IMG/VR virus record: IMGVR_UViG_3300046824_000127
Span: 1 to 54,248 of that record
Length of the DNA: 54,248 bases
Reading direction: 5' to 3' (one strand)
DNA from: a virus
Taxonomy: Duplodnaviria > Caudoviricetes
Within the stretch, counting starts at the first letter, position 1; each line of letters begins with the position of its first letter. Positions 45,294 to 54,140 of this stretch are shown one piece after another. The notes beneath the pieces were generated by a model. The model worked only from the letters and a program-made list of their open reading frames with translations. It did not search any database and was not told where the DNA came from. A program made the position numbers and the translations under genes.

Positions 45294-45451
45294 CCGAACA
45301 CCTTCTTGAACTTGGCCCACTCTTCCGGGGTTGCGACCTTCTTGTACTCGTTCGCGTAGATCGTGAAAACGTGCCAGATGCGCGGATAGAGGAAGATCGA
45401 GCGGAGAATGCTCTTGCCGAACTTCTTCCAGAGCGCGCCTCTGAACGTCAC
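45284..45451 (-). CDS. Small basic protein
   Basis: GTGA coupling; MTFRGALWKKFG... Confidence 0.5.
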   Translation of the reverse strand: MTFRGALWKKFGKSILRSIFLYPRIWHVFTIYANEYKKVATPEEWAKFKKVFGCD

Positions 45452-46008
45452 GCGGTCTTCGGCGACGCGGGTCCGTCCGCGTTCGGCGGCGCGGCGACCG
45501 GAGTTCCAGGGGTGCTCCACCAGCGACGCACGTGCTTCTGACCGCGGGTGCCGGCGTAGATTGTGCCGACCGCCGCGCCGAAGAGTTCCATCCCGTTGAT
45601 GATCGTGTCGGTCCACGGGGTGCTGTGCGCAGCAGCCTTGAAGCTGACGACCGCATGCGTCCGGCCGGAGATCGACTGGTCGCCCTTCAACGCGGCGTCG
45701 GCGATGGCCTTGATCTCGGGCTTGGTCGTGTCGACCTTGCCGATCAGGTCCATGATGTTCTTGTGGTTCGCCTCGGCGAGATCGTTCGAGACGCCGAGAT
45801 GCGTGATCTGGCTTCCGGTTCCCGTCGCGTCGGCGAGCTCGGCCGCGGTGGCCGAGGCCTGCTCCGCGAGCGGGACGTTGGCCGGATCGGCCTTGACGGC
45901 GATGTCCGCGAGGGCGTTGACGGCCTCGAGGTTCGACTCGCCCATCTTGGAACTCACGCAGGCGATCACAGCGACGGCACACACAAACAACGCGATGACG
46001 TACTTCAC
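45448..46008 (-). CDS. Putative lipoprotein with C-terminal hydrophobic segment
   Basis: MKYVIALFVCAVAVIAC signal/lipobox-like N-terminus; AGGAGG upstream. Confidence 0.65.
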   Translation of the reverse strand: MKYVIALFVCAVAVIACVSSKMGESNLEAVNALADIAVKADPANVPLAEQASATAAELADATGTGSQITHLGVSNDLAEANHKNIMDLIGKVDTTKPEIKAIADAALKGDQSISGRTHAVVSFKAAAHSTPWTDTIINGMELFGAAVGTIYAGTRGQKHVRRWWSTPGTPVAAPPNADGPASPKTA

Positions 46009-46017
46009 GGTTTCCTC

Positions 46018-46332
46018 CTAGACCTTGAGGAGCCTCAGAACCTCCACGATCGTGATGATCGCGGCAGGGATGGCGATCACCACTGTGATCGCGCCACCCC
46101 ACTTGGACATCTTCTTCTCGATGGTGTCCAGCGAACCGTCCTGTTTCGCCAGATGCTTGTTGATGTTCTCGAGCGACTCCTTCATCGCTCTCTCGGTCTG
46201 CTGGTGGAGGAGTCGGAAGTCCTCCAATGCCCGCAGACGTTGAGCATGCACGTTGAGTCTCTTCTCGTGGCTTCCCACGATGTTGAGTCCACCGCCCACC
46301 TCGGAACTCTCGTCCAGTTCATCTCCAGCCAA
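46018..46332 (-). CDS. Holin/XhlA-like coiled-coil plus C-terminal TM protein
   Basis: HAQRLRALE coiled coil; WGGAITVVIAIPAAIITIV; GGAGG before TTG. Confidence 0.55.
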   Translation of the reverse strand: MAGDELDESSEVGGGLNIVGSHEKRLNVHAQRLRALEDFRLLHQQTERAMKESLENINKHLAKQDGSLDTIEKKMSKWGGAITVVIAIPAAIITIVEVLRLLKV

Positions 46333-46333
46333 G

Positions 46334-47821
46334 TTACCCTCCCGGAGGCTGACCGGTGCGAGCACCGACTTGCTTGTTCGGATCCACGGGAGGAACCAGC
46401 GCCTTGTCGTCGCCGTCTTCCTCACGCTGCTGCTGTTCCCGATCGAAGTCGAGGCCTTCCTCTTCCGCGACCGTACGACGCGACTTGACCTTGCCCTTGA
46501 CGAGCAGGTCGTTCGAACGGACGATCGAGAACCGGTCGCGGGACTGAACGGCAGGTCCGGTGACCTTGTACTTCAAGGTTGGATCGAGGAGCTTCGTGGA
46601 CAAACGACCTGAGATGATGCCGATGAAGATGATGCGCTTGTAGAGATCTCGAAGCCGGGACGCGTACCACTTCTGCGTCTTCTGGAACATCTTCATCCCC
46701 GGCTGCTCGGCCGCGATCAGAGACGCATAGTTGGAGGACGCGGCATTTGCCGAGAACAGGTACTCCGGCTGAGACACACGGCACGCGCAAGCGCGCAACA
46801 GGGTGTCGATCACGATGGCGAGCTTGTCAGCGGACTGACCCGCGATCGGGAAGTGGTACTTCTGTCCGGGCGGGACGTCGAGGATCGAGCCGGCTTGGAT
46901 GACTCGCTGCCGGATGTTCTCGCCTGAGGTGGAGTCGCGAGGCGTACGTTGTGCCATGGCGTCGGCCATCGCGGCGATCTTCGAGCCTGTCGTACCGTCC
47001 GGATGCTCGCGGACGACCGCGATGGCCGCCTGGATCTCCGCCATCTTGCGGATCACGCGTAGCATCTTCTTCGCGCCCTCGAGTGGTTCGACCACCGGGA
47101 GGAAGGTCGGGATCCCACGGAGCACGTTGCGGTCGGTGTTCTTCTTGAAGAAGGTGATCTCGTCCGCCGGGATGATGATCTCCGGACCGGTGCCACCCTG
47201 CTTGTAGACGTAACCGAGGATCTTCTGCTTGTCGCCGGCGCGGGTCACCATGCCGTACTCGAATGCCGGATCGGAGGAGTCGATCTCTTCCGGCTCGATG
47301 AACCTGGTGGTCGCGAGACCGTCGCCCTCCATGAACGTCCTGATGAAGGCCTCACCCTCGCGGTCGCTTCGGAGAATGATCTCGTGTTCGACCTCGTCCC
47401 ACTTCTCGGTCTCGTGGAACTCTTCCCAGTAGTCCTCTGCAGCGGCGATCGCCTTGGCGAACGTGGAGCGCTGGCGCTTGTCCTGGATCTTGTACGCGAA
47501 GCCGGTGCCCGCTACGAAGTTCTGGATGTTCTGGTGACCGTTGATGGCGTAGGGATTCGTGAACGCCAGCTTGCGGCCGAGGTTTCGCCAGTTGATCAGG
47601 GCACTGGTGTTCAGACCTGAGAGACCGGAGACGTTGCCGGGGATGCCGAGCGGGCTGACATCCATCCAGCCTTCGTAGCGATCGGCGGGGTTCACCCACC
47701 GATCCATGTACCACTCCCAGGATTCGTAGGCCTTGAGGAGGATCTCCTGACGCTTGATGAGTGCCGCTTCGCCGACTTGCGCGAGGCGGTTCACGGCGAC
47801 TGGATCGGGAGTCTCGATCAT
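46334..47821 (-). CDS. Portal protein
   Basis: NPYA, DREGEAFI, RGIP, NYAS; follows terminase. Confidence 0.88.
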   Translation of the reverse strand: MIETPDPVAVNRLAQVGEAALIKRQEILLKAYESWEWYMDRWVNPADRYEGWMDVSPLGIPGNVSGLSGLNTSALINWRNLGRKLAFTNPYAINGHQNIQNFVAGTGFAYKIQDKRQRSTFAKAIAAAEDYWEEFHETEKWDEVEHEIILRSDREGEAFIRTFMEGDGLATTRFIEPEEIDSSDPAFEYGMVTRAGDKQKILGYVYKQGGTGPEIIIPADEITFFKKNTDRNVLRGIPTFLPVVEPLEGAKKMLRVIRKMAEIQAAIAVVREHPDGTTGSKIAAMADAMAQRTPRDSTSGENIRQRVIQAGSILDVPPGQKYHFPIAGQSADKLAIVIDTLLRACACRVSQPEYLFSANAASSNYASLIAAEQPGMKMFQKTQKWYASRLRDLYKRIIFIGIISGRLSTKLLDPTLKYKVTGPAVQSRDRFSIVRSNDLLVKGKVKSRRTVAEEEGLDFDREQQQREEDGDDKALVPPVDPNKQVGARTGQPPGG

Positions 47822-49395
47822 GCGACCTCCAGAACCGTGGAAGGACTCTCGCGGGAGCGGTCGTAGTAGTGGGTCACCCATTCGAAGATGCAGGTGCTCA
47901 GCATCTCGAGAGCGTCGGGACCGTCGTCGTGGTCACCGTACCCGGTCTCCATGATCTGCTTCACGAGCACCTTCATGTCACGCGTGTTCCGCGCGAACTT
48001 GAAGGTTCCCTTGGAGAGAGGAGATCCGAGACGCTCGATGCGGGTCGGCTTGGGAGTTGAGTGCTGGATCTCGAGGACCGGCAGGATGATGCCGCGAGCT
48101 GCAGACTCCATCGCGAGCTGCTGGGCCATCGTGACCTGGAAGGCGTTCGACTCGAAGGCGCAGAAGACGAAGTTCCGGCGGGCGTGCATGTTCAGACAGC
48201 GCGGAATGATCTCCGCGTGCGGCACACGCTGCACCAGACCGTCCACATAGATGTGACGGTTGCCTGGCTTCCAGAAACCCTCGAGGATCGCAACGAAGTC
48301 ACCCTTCTTCGCGTCGTTGCCGGTGCTGGGGTCGACAGCAAGGAATGGATAGGCACCATGTGGAGGACCGTCATGCCAGATGTCGTAGGCCTCGGAGAAC
48401 CACATCTCGTCGAACACCGCGTGGGCCGGGTTCATCGGCGAGTTCTGCTTCTCCGCCATGAAGGCACCGTGACCGCCTTCGGCGCGCATCACCATCAGGT
48501 CGTACAGCGGCTCACGTTCTGGCCAGAGGACGATAGCGCCCTCGTTGAGCTCCTCCTCGAACTTCTCGTAGTACGCCCTAGCGACGCTCGGGTCGTCGAA
48601 GTAGAACTTTTCCCATTCCTCCCAACTCGGCTGGCCTTCGGCGATGTTCATTCGGACCGGCCACACGACGATCGACTGGAACCGACGGTGCTCCCAACCC
48701 GGTCGATCCAGCAGTCCCGCCATAAGGCAGGCAGAGTTGATCAGGGTGCCGTTCACGAAGAAGTTCGTTCCCGGCTGTCCTGCCTTCAAGACACCAGCAT
48801 CGAGCCACTGGCGGATCCTCTCTCGGACGATCGGAGAACGAGCACCTTCGTCATTCTCGGGGTCGTCGATCATCACCACGGTGGGGCGGCTCTCTTCGTG
48901 GCGACGACCGCGGACCTTCTTGCCAGCACCGAGGGCATCGATGCGGACGTTGTTCCGAGTGATGATGGACTCTTTCGACCAGAGGCTACTTCCCTTGCCG
49001 ACGACGTGCGGGTAGTCCTCCGCGAGTTCTTCGTTGGTCTCCAGCTCTTCCTTGACGTGGGAGAGGTGCTGAGCACTTTGACTGAAGGTGTCGGCGCCCG
49101 TGACGATGTACCGCTCCAGACCTTCGCAGGTCCACCACAACGGGGCAGCGAAGGAGCAGATCGTGGACTTGGCCGAACCTCGAGGACCGGCGATCGCGGA
49201 CTTGACGTTCCGCGTGAACGTGGCCTCCTGGATGTGCGCGATGAGTTCCCGGTGGAAGCGGGACGGCGGAGCAGTGAAGTAATGGCCGAGGTACTTCTTG
49301 ATGAAGTCCTCGAAGCGAACGTTCCCGCCTCGCAGACCGCGAGCCATCGCACTGAAGAAGTGCGCCTGGATCTGCTGGCTGGTCGCGAACCTCAC
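47818..49395 (-). CDS. terL: Terminase large subunit
   Basis: PRGSAKST, RGRR, IDDPE, AVDPS, FESNAFQ, HDDGPDA. Confidence 0.95.
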   Translation of the reverse strand: MRFATSQQIQAHFFSAMARGLRGGNVRFEDFIKKYLGHYFTAPPSRFHRELIAHIQEATFTRNVKSAIAGPRGSAKSTICSFAAPLWWTCEGLERYIVTGADTFSQSAQHLSHVKEELETNEELAEDYPHVVGKGSSLWSKESIITRNNVRIDALGAGKKVRGRRHEESRPTVVMIDDPENDEGARSPIVRERIRQWLDAGVLKAGQPGTNFFVNGTLINSACLMAGLLDRPGWEHRRFQSIVVWPVRMNIAEGQPSWEEWEKFYFDDPSVARAYYEKFEEELNEGAIVLWPEREPLYDLMVMRAEGGHGAFMAEKQNSPMNPAHAVFDEMWFSEAYDIWHDGPPHGAYPFLAVDPSTGNDAKKGDFVAILEGFWKPGNRHIYVDGLVQRVPHAEIIPRCLNMHARRNFVFCAFESNAFQVTMAQQLAMESAARGIILPVLEIQHSTPKPTRIERLGSPLSKGTFKFARNTRDMKVLVKQIMETGYGDHDDGPDALEMLSTCIFEWVTHYYDRSRESPSTVLEVA

Positions 49396-50102
49396 CGGCT
49401 TGTGACACTTTCAACGTGGGCGCGAAGCGGCTCACCGGTCAGGCGACCGTGGATCCGATCGACGATGGCCTCGCCATTCGGCTCGTCCTTGAGCTCTTCG
49501 CGGACGATGTTGATGAAGCGTTCCGCGATCGCGGACATCTCCTCGAAGGTGATGGACTGATCCTTGGCATCGATCCAGCCAGCGCGAGCCTTGAGCCCGA
49601 AGATGACCAGCGCAGGATGGATCCCTGCTTCTTGGGTCATCGCCTCGTCTTCGAAGAACGAGGCCTGATAGTCCTTGACGAGCTGGTCGATCTCAACGTC
49701 CTTGCGTCGCAGCTTGAAGAGTGTGGACGTCGAGATGTTGAGGATCTCGCACAGGGCTGGCAGGGAGAGCTTGGACTGCGCGGTGAGCAGGTAGCAGAGT
49801 TCTCCGCGGATGTTGTGGCTCGTCGCGTTTCCGGAACCCCGGCCGTGGCTGGAGTTCTCCATGATCGCGAGCAGGTCCGCGGCTTGAAGCTTTTTCGGAT
49901 CCTTGCGGTATCCAGCGAGAAGCTCCTGTGCTTCGCGCTTCAGGTCTGCAAGCCGAGTCTTTCGACCCTCAATGAGAGCCAGCTTCGCGTTTGTGTTCGC
50001 GCTCTGGATGATTGGACTTGCAGCTCCGCCCTGTCCGGCCAAGTAGTCCTCCGCGTAGCGAACTCGTAGCGAGTACGTAGCGTCCGCCTCTACTACAGCC
50101 AT
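49392..50102 (-). CDS. Putative terminase small subunit
   Basis: HTH (LCEILNISTSTLFKL) and IFGLKARAGW; directly upstream of terL. Confidence 0.7.
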   Translation of the reverse strand: MAVVEADATYSLRVRYAEDYLAGQGGAASPIIQSANTNAKLALIEGRKTRLADLKREAQELLAGYRKDPKKLQAADLLAIMENSSHGRGSGNATSHNIRGELCYLLTAQSKLSLPALCEILNISTSTLFKLRRKDVEIDQLVKDYQASFFEDEAMTQEAGIHPALVIFGLKARAGWIDAKDQSITFEEMSAIAERFINIVREELKDEPNGEAIVDRIHGRLTGEPLRAHVESVTSR

Positions 50103-50334
50103 AGTACCGAAACTACTGCGCTACGTAAACGAACGAAGTTTTCTGGCGAGCTCGCTACGAGTTCGCTACGAGTTCGCTACGCAACGTACCGTACACGGAG
50201 CGAAGAAGTCAAGAGTGAGTTTTCCTTCTCTCTCTATTATATACACTTTCTATTTCATAATCATAGGAAATAAAGGACAAGATAACATATCTCCTTTCTT
50301 CTTTACTACTTCGAGGCGAACTCGCTACGCGGAG
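50049..50334. repeat. CGCTACG box arrays with 11-bp period
   Basis: CGTAGCG at 50054, 50065, 50076; CGCTACG at 50119, 50153, 50164, 50175, 50323. Confidence 0.85.
50222..50310. repeat. AT-rich element, diverged copy 2
   Basis: Shares 16-nt and 14-nt exact blocks with 10130-10222. Confidence 0.8.
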
Positions 50335-50533
50335 TCCGAGGCGCTGACCTCAGCACTCTGCTGACTTTTCAGAAATTCTAGAAAATTTTTCGTGCACCCC
50401 GGCAAGCCCATCGAAACGCAACCTCGGACACCATGCCCTCCCACTTTCCGCCTGCACCCAGACGGTCAAAGGGCTTTCTAGTACTGTATGTTGATACATA
50501 TCTTTTAGGTACCATTTGTCTCCAAGGTGAGCC

Positions 50534-50758
50534 ATGTCCAACATGAATGAAGATCAGGCATCTGACCATGAGGAGTATGACATGATCGAGTATCTGAAGA
50601 GTATGGGCTATGACTGCTGGTATGCAGTAGTGTGCTGCATGTGTCATAAGACCATAGAACTGAGGGCTACAGAGGAGGAGCACATGAAGATGGACACATC
50701 ACATACTTACTGTGATGTGTGTCAGGTGATCATGCTCAGGCAAGTCGAGGAGATGTAA
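50534..50758 (+). CDS. Small acidic zinc-ribbon protein
   Basis: CCMC...CDVC; AAGGTG upstream. Confidence 0.7.
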   Translation: MSNMNEDQASDHEEYDMIEYLKSMGYDCWYAVVCCMCHKTIELRATEEEHMKMDTSHTYCDVCQVIMLRQVEEM

Positions 50759-50759
50759 C

Positions 50760-51029
50760 ATGTTCGTCATCCGTATATCTGACAAGTTAGATCCTGACTA
50801 CCCTCGCTTCGTAGGGTGCAGCTTCATCTATGATGGAGCATCATATCCTACATGGGAGGAAGCATACTCAGGTATGTTGGGCTTCGCCCAGACAGGTCCA
50901 ACTGATCTCGTCTATGCAGTAGAGGAGATCACACAGGAACAATGGGATGAGCTACAGAGGATCAAGGCTAGTGAGGTAGATGATGATCACCAGCAGCAGG
51001 ATGATCCTGCTGATTGGTGGAAGAAGTAG
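50760..51029 (+). CDS. Small acidic protein
   Basis: GAGGAG upstream; C-terminal DDPADWWKK. Confidence 0.7.
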   Translation: MFVIRISDKLDPDYPRFVGCSFIYDGASYPTWEEAYSGMLGFAQTGPTDLVYAVEEITQEQWDELQRIKASEVDDDHQQQDDPADWWKK

Positions 51030-51069
51030 GCAGGATAACTAGTCCATAGGACTAGAAGGGAGTAACACC

Positions 51070-51273
51070 ATGTTCTATCTGACCTACATCCAGGTCAAGG
51101 GCAAGCGTGAGTGGCAGCAAGAGCCCTACGCTATGATGCACCAGGCCCTGATGGAGGCAGAGCGATTCGCAGGCAAGAAGCTTAGGTTTCGCGTGATCAG
51201 CGGCCAGCTGTACGCTACCTTTGCGAACGCCAAGCGTGAGCGCTTTGCGGTCCACATCTACTTCAACAAGTAG
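51070..51273 (+). CDS. Hypothetical protein
   Basis: GGGAG upstream. Confidence 0.7.
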   Translation: MFYLTYIQVKGKREWQQEPYAMMHQALMEAERFAGKKLRFRVISGQLYATFANAKRERFAVHIYFNK

Positions 51274-51391
51274 ATCCACTGACCCTTCTACGGGAGGGGA
51301 GACTCTGCAGTACCACACAACCGGTGATGGGGACTACCGACCAATCCAAGTGTCCCCAAGAACTAGTACGTCCTGCAGCACTGCAGGAAGG

Positions 51392-51559
51392 ATGAGAACC
51401 GTGAGGAATTATCAGTTCAGGGAACTCGACAAGGACGGAGTCGTGCTCCGCTTCGTGTTCGATCTGACTCGCCGTGAGGCGGTCAAGAGGTATTGGAGTT
51501 CGAAGGCGCCCAAGGTCCAGATGCTCGCCAACAGGCGGGTCTACGCAGAGAGGAGCTAG
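51392..51559 (+). CDS. Hypothetical protein (start uncertain)
   Basis: 3' part of ORF 51221-51559. Confidence 0.5.
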   Translation: MRTVRNYQFRELDKDGVVLRFVFDLTRREAVKRYWSSKAPKVQMLANRRVYAERS

Positions 51560-51560
51560 C

Positions 51561-51728
51561 ATGTTCACGATCATCATCATGTGCGGTGATCACATCATCG
51601 ATGTGGACATCGTCATGAAGGACGGACAGACGATGCTGGAAGTCGAAGCGGCATTCAAGGCTGCGCGTGCAGTCGCCGCAGAGTTCGCCAAGGACGAGAA
51701 GGTCGCAGACACCACTGTCTGCAGCTAG
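51561..51728 (+). CDS. Hypothetical protein
   Basis: GAGGAG upstream. Confidence 0.6.
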   Translation: MFTIIIMCGDHIIDVDIVMKDGQTMLEVEAAFKAARAVAAEFAKDEKVADTTVCS

Positions 51729-51736
51729 GAGACGAC

Positions 51737-52078
51737 ATGAAGTATTGGATCAACAAGCTGCGGTTCCTCTTCACGGGGAAGCTGCGGATCTGGACGCTCG
51801 CTGAGAACTGCGCGAAGGACTACGCAGACTGCAACGAGTGCGGCGCTGGACTCTATCACTGGAGCAGCGATCATCTGACCTACGACGAAGCCATGGTCGA
51901 TGCGCTCGACATGGTGAAGCAGCAGCTCGAGTACGAGGAGGAGGGCGATCCCAAGCCCGAGATCGTGATCAACAAGGATGATCCCAAGCACGTGACCGTG
52001 GTGGTCACGATCGGTGGGATCGAACAGTCGCAGTGGTACGAGATCATCCAGTGCGAGATCGAAAGGAGTCAGAAGTGA
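51737..52078 (+). CDS. Hypothetical acidic protein
   Basis: AGGAG upstream. Confidence 0.7.
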   Translation: MKYWINKLRFLFTGKLRIWTLAENCAKDYADCNECGAGLYHWSSDHLTYDEAMVDALDMVKQQLEYEEEGDPKPEIVINKDDPKHVTVVVTIGGIEQSQWYEIIQCEIERSQK

Positions 52079-53466
52079 AGAAGAAGTACGTCGCTCCTGA
52101 ACGAACTGTGGTCACGCCACAGGAGTTGAACCGCGCGAGCAGGCGCGCGGCAGTGTTGGTGCTGAACACCATCATCAAGGCAGCTAAGCTGAGGACCAGC
52201 ACGTGGGCTCAGATGGCTGCGAAGAAGGACAACGATCCGGAGTTGAGATTGATCGCAATCTGCGACGAGTTCATGGGCAAGGACGCGTGGGACACGGTGA
52301 ACTTCAATCCGTTCCTCATGACGGCTGATGCCCATCTGTATCTGTCCAAGCACGCGACCGAGTGTCGACGTGGTCACTGGCGTGAGAACTATCACACCAG
52401 CGGCGAGGGACCGTTCCAGAAGGCGAAGCTCGTGGTCGGATCCACGAACAAGGAGAAGTACACCGAGTACGGTAAGTCCAGAGTCGTGGACGCCGTTCCG
52501 GTGTACAAGTGGCGCGACTGTCTCGTGATGGTCGACTGTCCGATCGGTAGCGGTCACTACACCTGCGTGCTGGTGACTCCCAAAGGTAAGGTCGAAGAGC
52601 GACTGAGGGAGTTCGAGCAGCACTACCTGGAGAACTGCTACATCAAGAACAAGTACGCGGAGGTGTGGACTGATCAGCAGGGCGGACTCCACTTCTCGCT
52701 GGTCGAAGTCGAGATGAAGGACGTCTTGATGGAAGACACCGACGATCACAAGATCGCTCGCATCGAGCGGGTCGTCGAGAACTGGGACAAGCTCGAGCGT
52801 GGAGAGCGTCGTATGGGATTCCTCCTGTACGGATCTCCTGGTACGGGCAAGACCGCAACGATCTCACAACTGGTGCTGCGGCTGAAGGGCAAGGCTACGG
52901 TCCTCTGTCTCAAGGGTGGATCGCAAGCGGCGCTGGTCAGTCTCTACAGCTGGTTGGACAAGATCGGTCCCAACATGGTGATTGCTGAGGACTTCGATAC
53001 GCTGTCTACGAGTCGTGACAACGTTCACACGTACGATGGCGAGAAGAAGTTCATCAGCATCTTGCTGAACGTGCTCGACGGAGCGAAGCAGCACGACGTG
53101 ATCACGATGGCGACTACGAACTACCCGGATCGACTCGATCAGGCGCTGACGAGACCTGGTCGTCTGGGCATCAGTCTCAAGCTCGGCGAACCGTCGAACG
53201 AGCTGAGGAAGCGGATCATCGGACACTACGCGTTGAAGTTCGGTCTCGATCAGAACGACGCGAAGTACTACGAGGCATTGAACACTCGAGGTGTGCTCGG
53301 GTGTCACGTCTTCAACATCTTGAAGGAGGTCAGTGTCGAGGTCAAGCTCGGCGAGTCCGCCCACGACGCACTGCATCGAGCGTGTCAGTCGTACTTCGGA
53401 GCGGACAACGTGAACTGGGAGATCAAGGACAACAAGAAGCCGATGGGCTTCGGAAAGGAAGAGTAG
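52075..53466 (+). CDS. AAA+ ATPase
   Basis: LLYGSPGTGKT, AEDFD, LLNVLDG, ATTNYPDRLD.AL.RPGRL, C-terminal MGF. Confidence 0.92.
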   Translation: MKKKYVAPERTVVTPQELNRASRRAAVLVLNTIIKAAKLRTSTWAQMAAKKDNDPELRLIAICDEFMGKDAWDTVNFNPFLMTADAHLYLSKHATECRRGHWRENYHTSGEGPFQKAKLVVGSTNKEKYTEYGKSRVVDAVPVYKWRDCLVMVDCPIGSGHYTCVLVTPKGKVEERLREFEQHYLENCYIKNKYAEVWTDQQGGLHFSLVEVEMKDVLMEDTDDHKIARIERVVENWDKLERGERRMGFLLYGSPGTGKTATISQLVLRLKGKATVLCLKGGSQAALVSLYSWLDKIGPNMVIAEDFDTLSTSRDNVHTYDGEKKFISILLNVLDGAKQHDVITMATTNYPDRLDQALTRPGRLGISLKLGEPSNELRKRIIGHYALKFGLDQNDAKYYEALNTRGVLGCHVFNILKEVSVEVKLGESAHDALHRACQSYFGADNVNWEIKDNKKPMGFGKEE

Positions 53467-53817
53467 ATGGTGAACATGGAAGGCATCGTCATGCTGGTCA
53501 ACGACCGACTGGCGGGCAAGAATGAGTGGGGCTGTGAGGAGTGGGAAGACCACAAGATCCAGCTGACCACGATCAAGCCGGTGTCGAAAGACATCTGGGA
53601 TATCGTCATCCAGTTCGGAACTCCCGGTGAGAACGGGAGTGGTGGTGGGCAGTTGCGAATCGAACTGCTCGATCCCGTCGTGCTGGGCAAGCCGTTGTGC
53701 TTGCTGTCGTTCTTCGAACACGTGATGGACTCCCCGACCACGGCCAAAGGACAGCAGTCCAAGGGTCACGTCATCGAGTTCCATCCCGAGTGCATCGCTG
53801 CGTTCCTCGCTCTGTAG
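53467..53817 (+). CDS. Hypothetical protein
   Basis: Abuts the ATPase stop. Confidence 0.6.
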   Translation: MVNMEGIVMLVNDRLAGKNEWGCEEWEDHKIQLTTIKPVSKDIWDIVIQFGTPGENGSGGGQLRIELLDPVVLGKPLCLLSFFEHVMDSPTTAKGQQSKGHVIEFHPECIAAFLAL

Positions 53818-53818
53818 T

Positions 53819-53854
53819 GTTCCCTTCGACCTGAGCATGTCAATAAACTGCTCA
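53819..53854 (+). ncRNA. 36-bp pseudoknot-like cis element, copy 1
   Basis: Identical to 24-59; directly followed by AGGAGA and the ATG at 53865. Confidence 0.55.
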
Positions 53855-53864
53855 AGGAGATTCT

Positions 53865-54140
53865 ATGTCGTCCAAGAGTACTTTCGTTCCGCCTGCCGCT
53901 CGTCCCGATCCGTTCAGCCCGCGTACTCGGGTGAACATCAGGGCGGACGTGATCAAGGTCGATCCCAGCACCGGGATCGTGACTCTCGCGATCGAGTCCA
54001 ATCCACTTCCGCGTGAACTCTCGGAAGCGATGCAGAAGCACTTCCCGCACTGCTACGAGGAGATCGAGGCGATCTGCGCCAAGGAACTCCTCCTCTCGTC
54101 CTTCACCAGCGACGGAAACCTCAACGACTCCGTCTCCTAG
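53865..54140 (+). CDS. Hypothetical protein
   Basis: AGGAG upstream; flanked by the two 36-bp repeats. Confidence 0.7.
   Translation: MSSKSTFVPPAARPDPFSPRTRVNIRADVIKVDPSTGIVTLAIESNPLPRELSEAMQKHFPHCYEEIEAICAKELLLSSFTSDGNLNDSVS

Noticed and set aside
51278-51306. Hammerhead-like CTGA-stem-GAGAC
   Set aside because: Lacks the CUGANGA and GAAA core and the flanking stems
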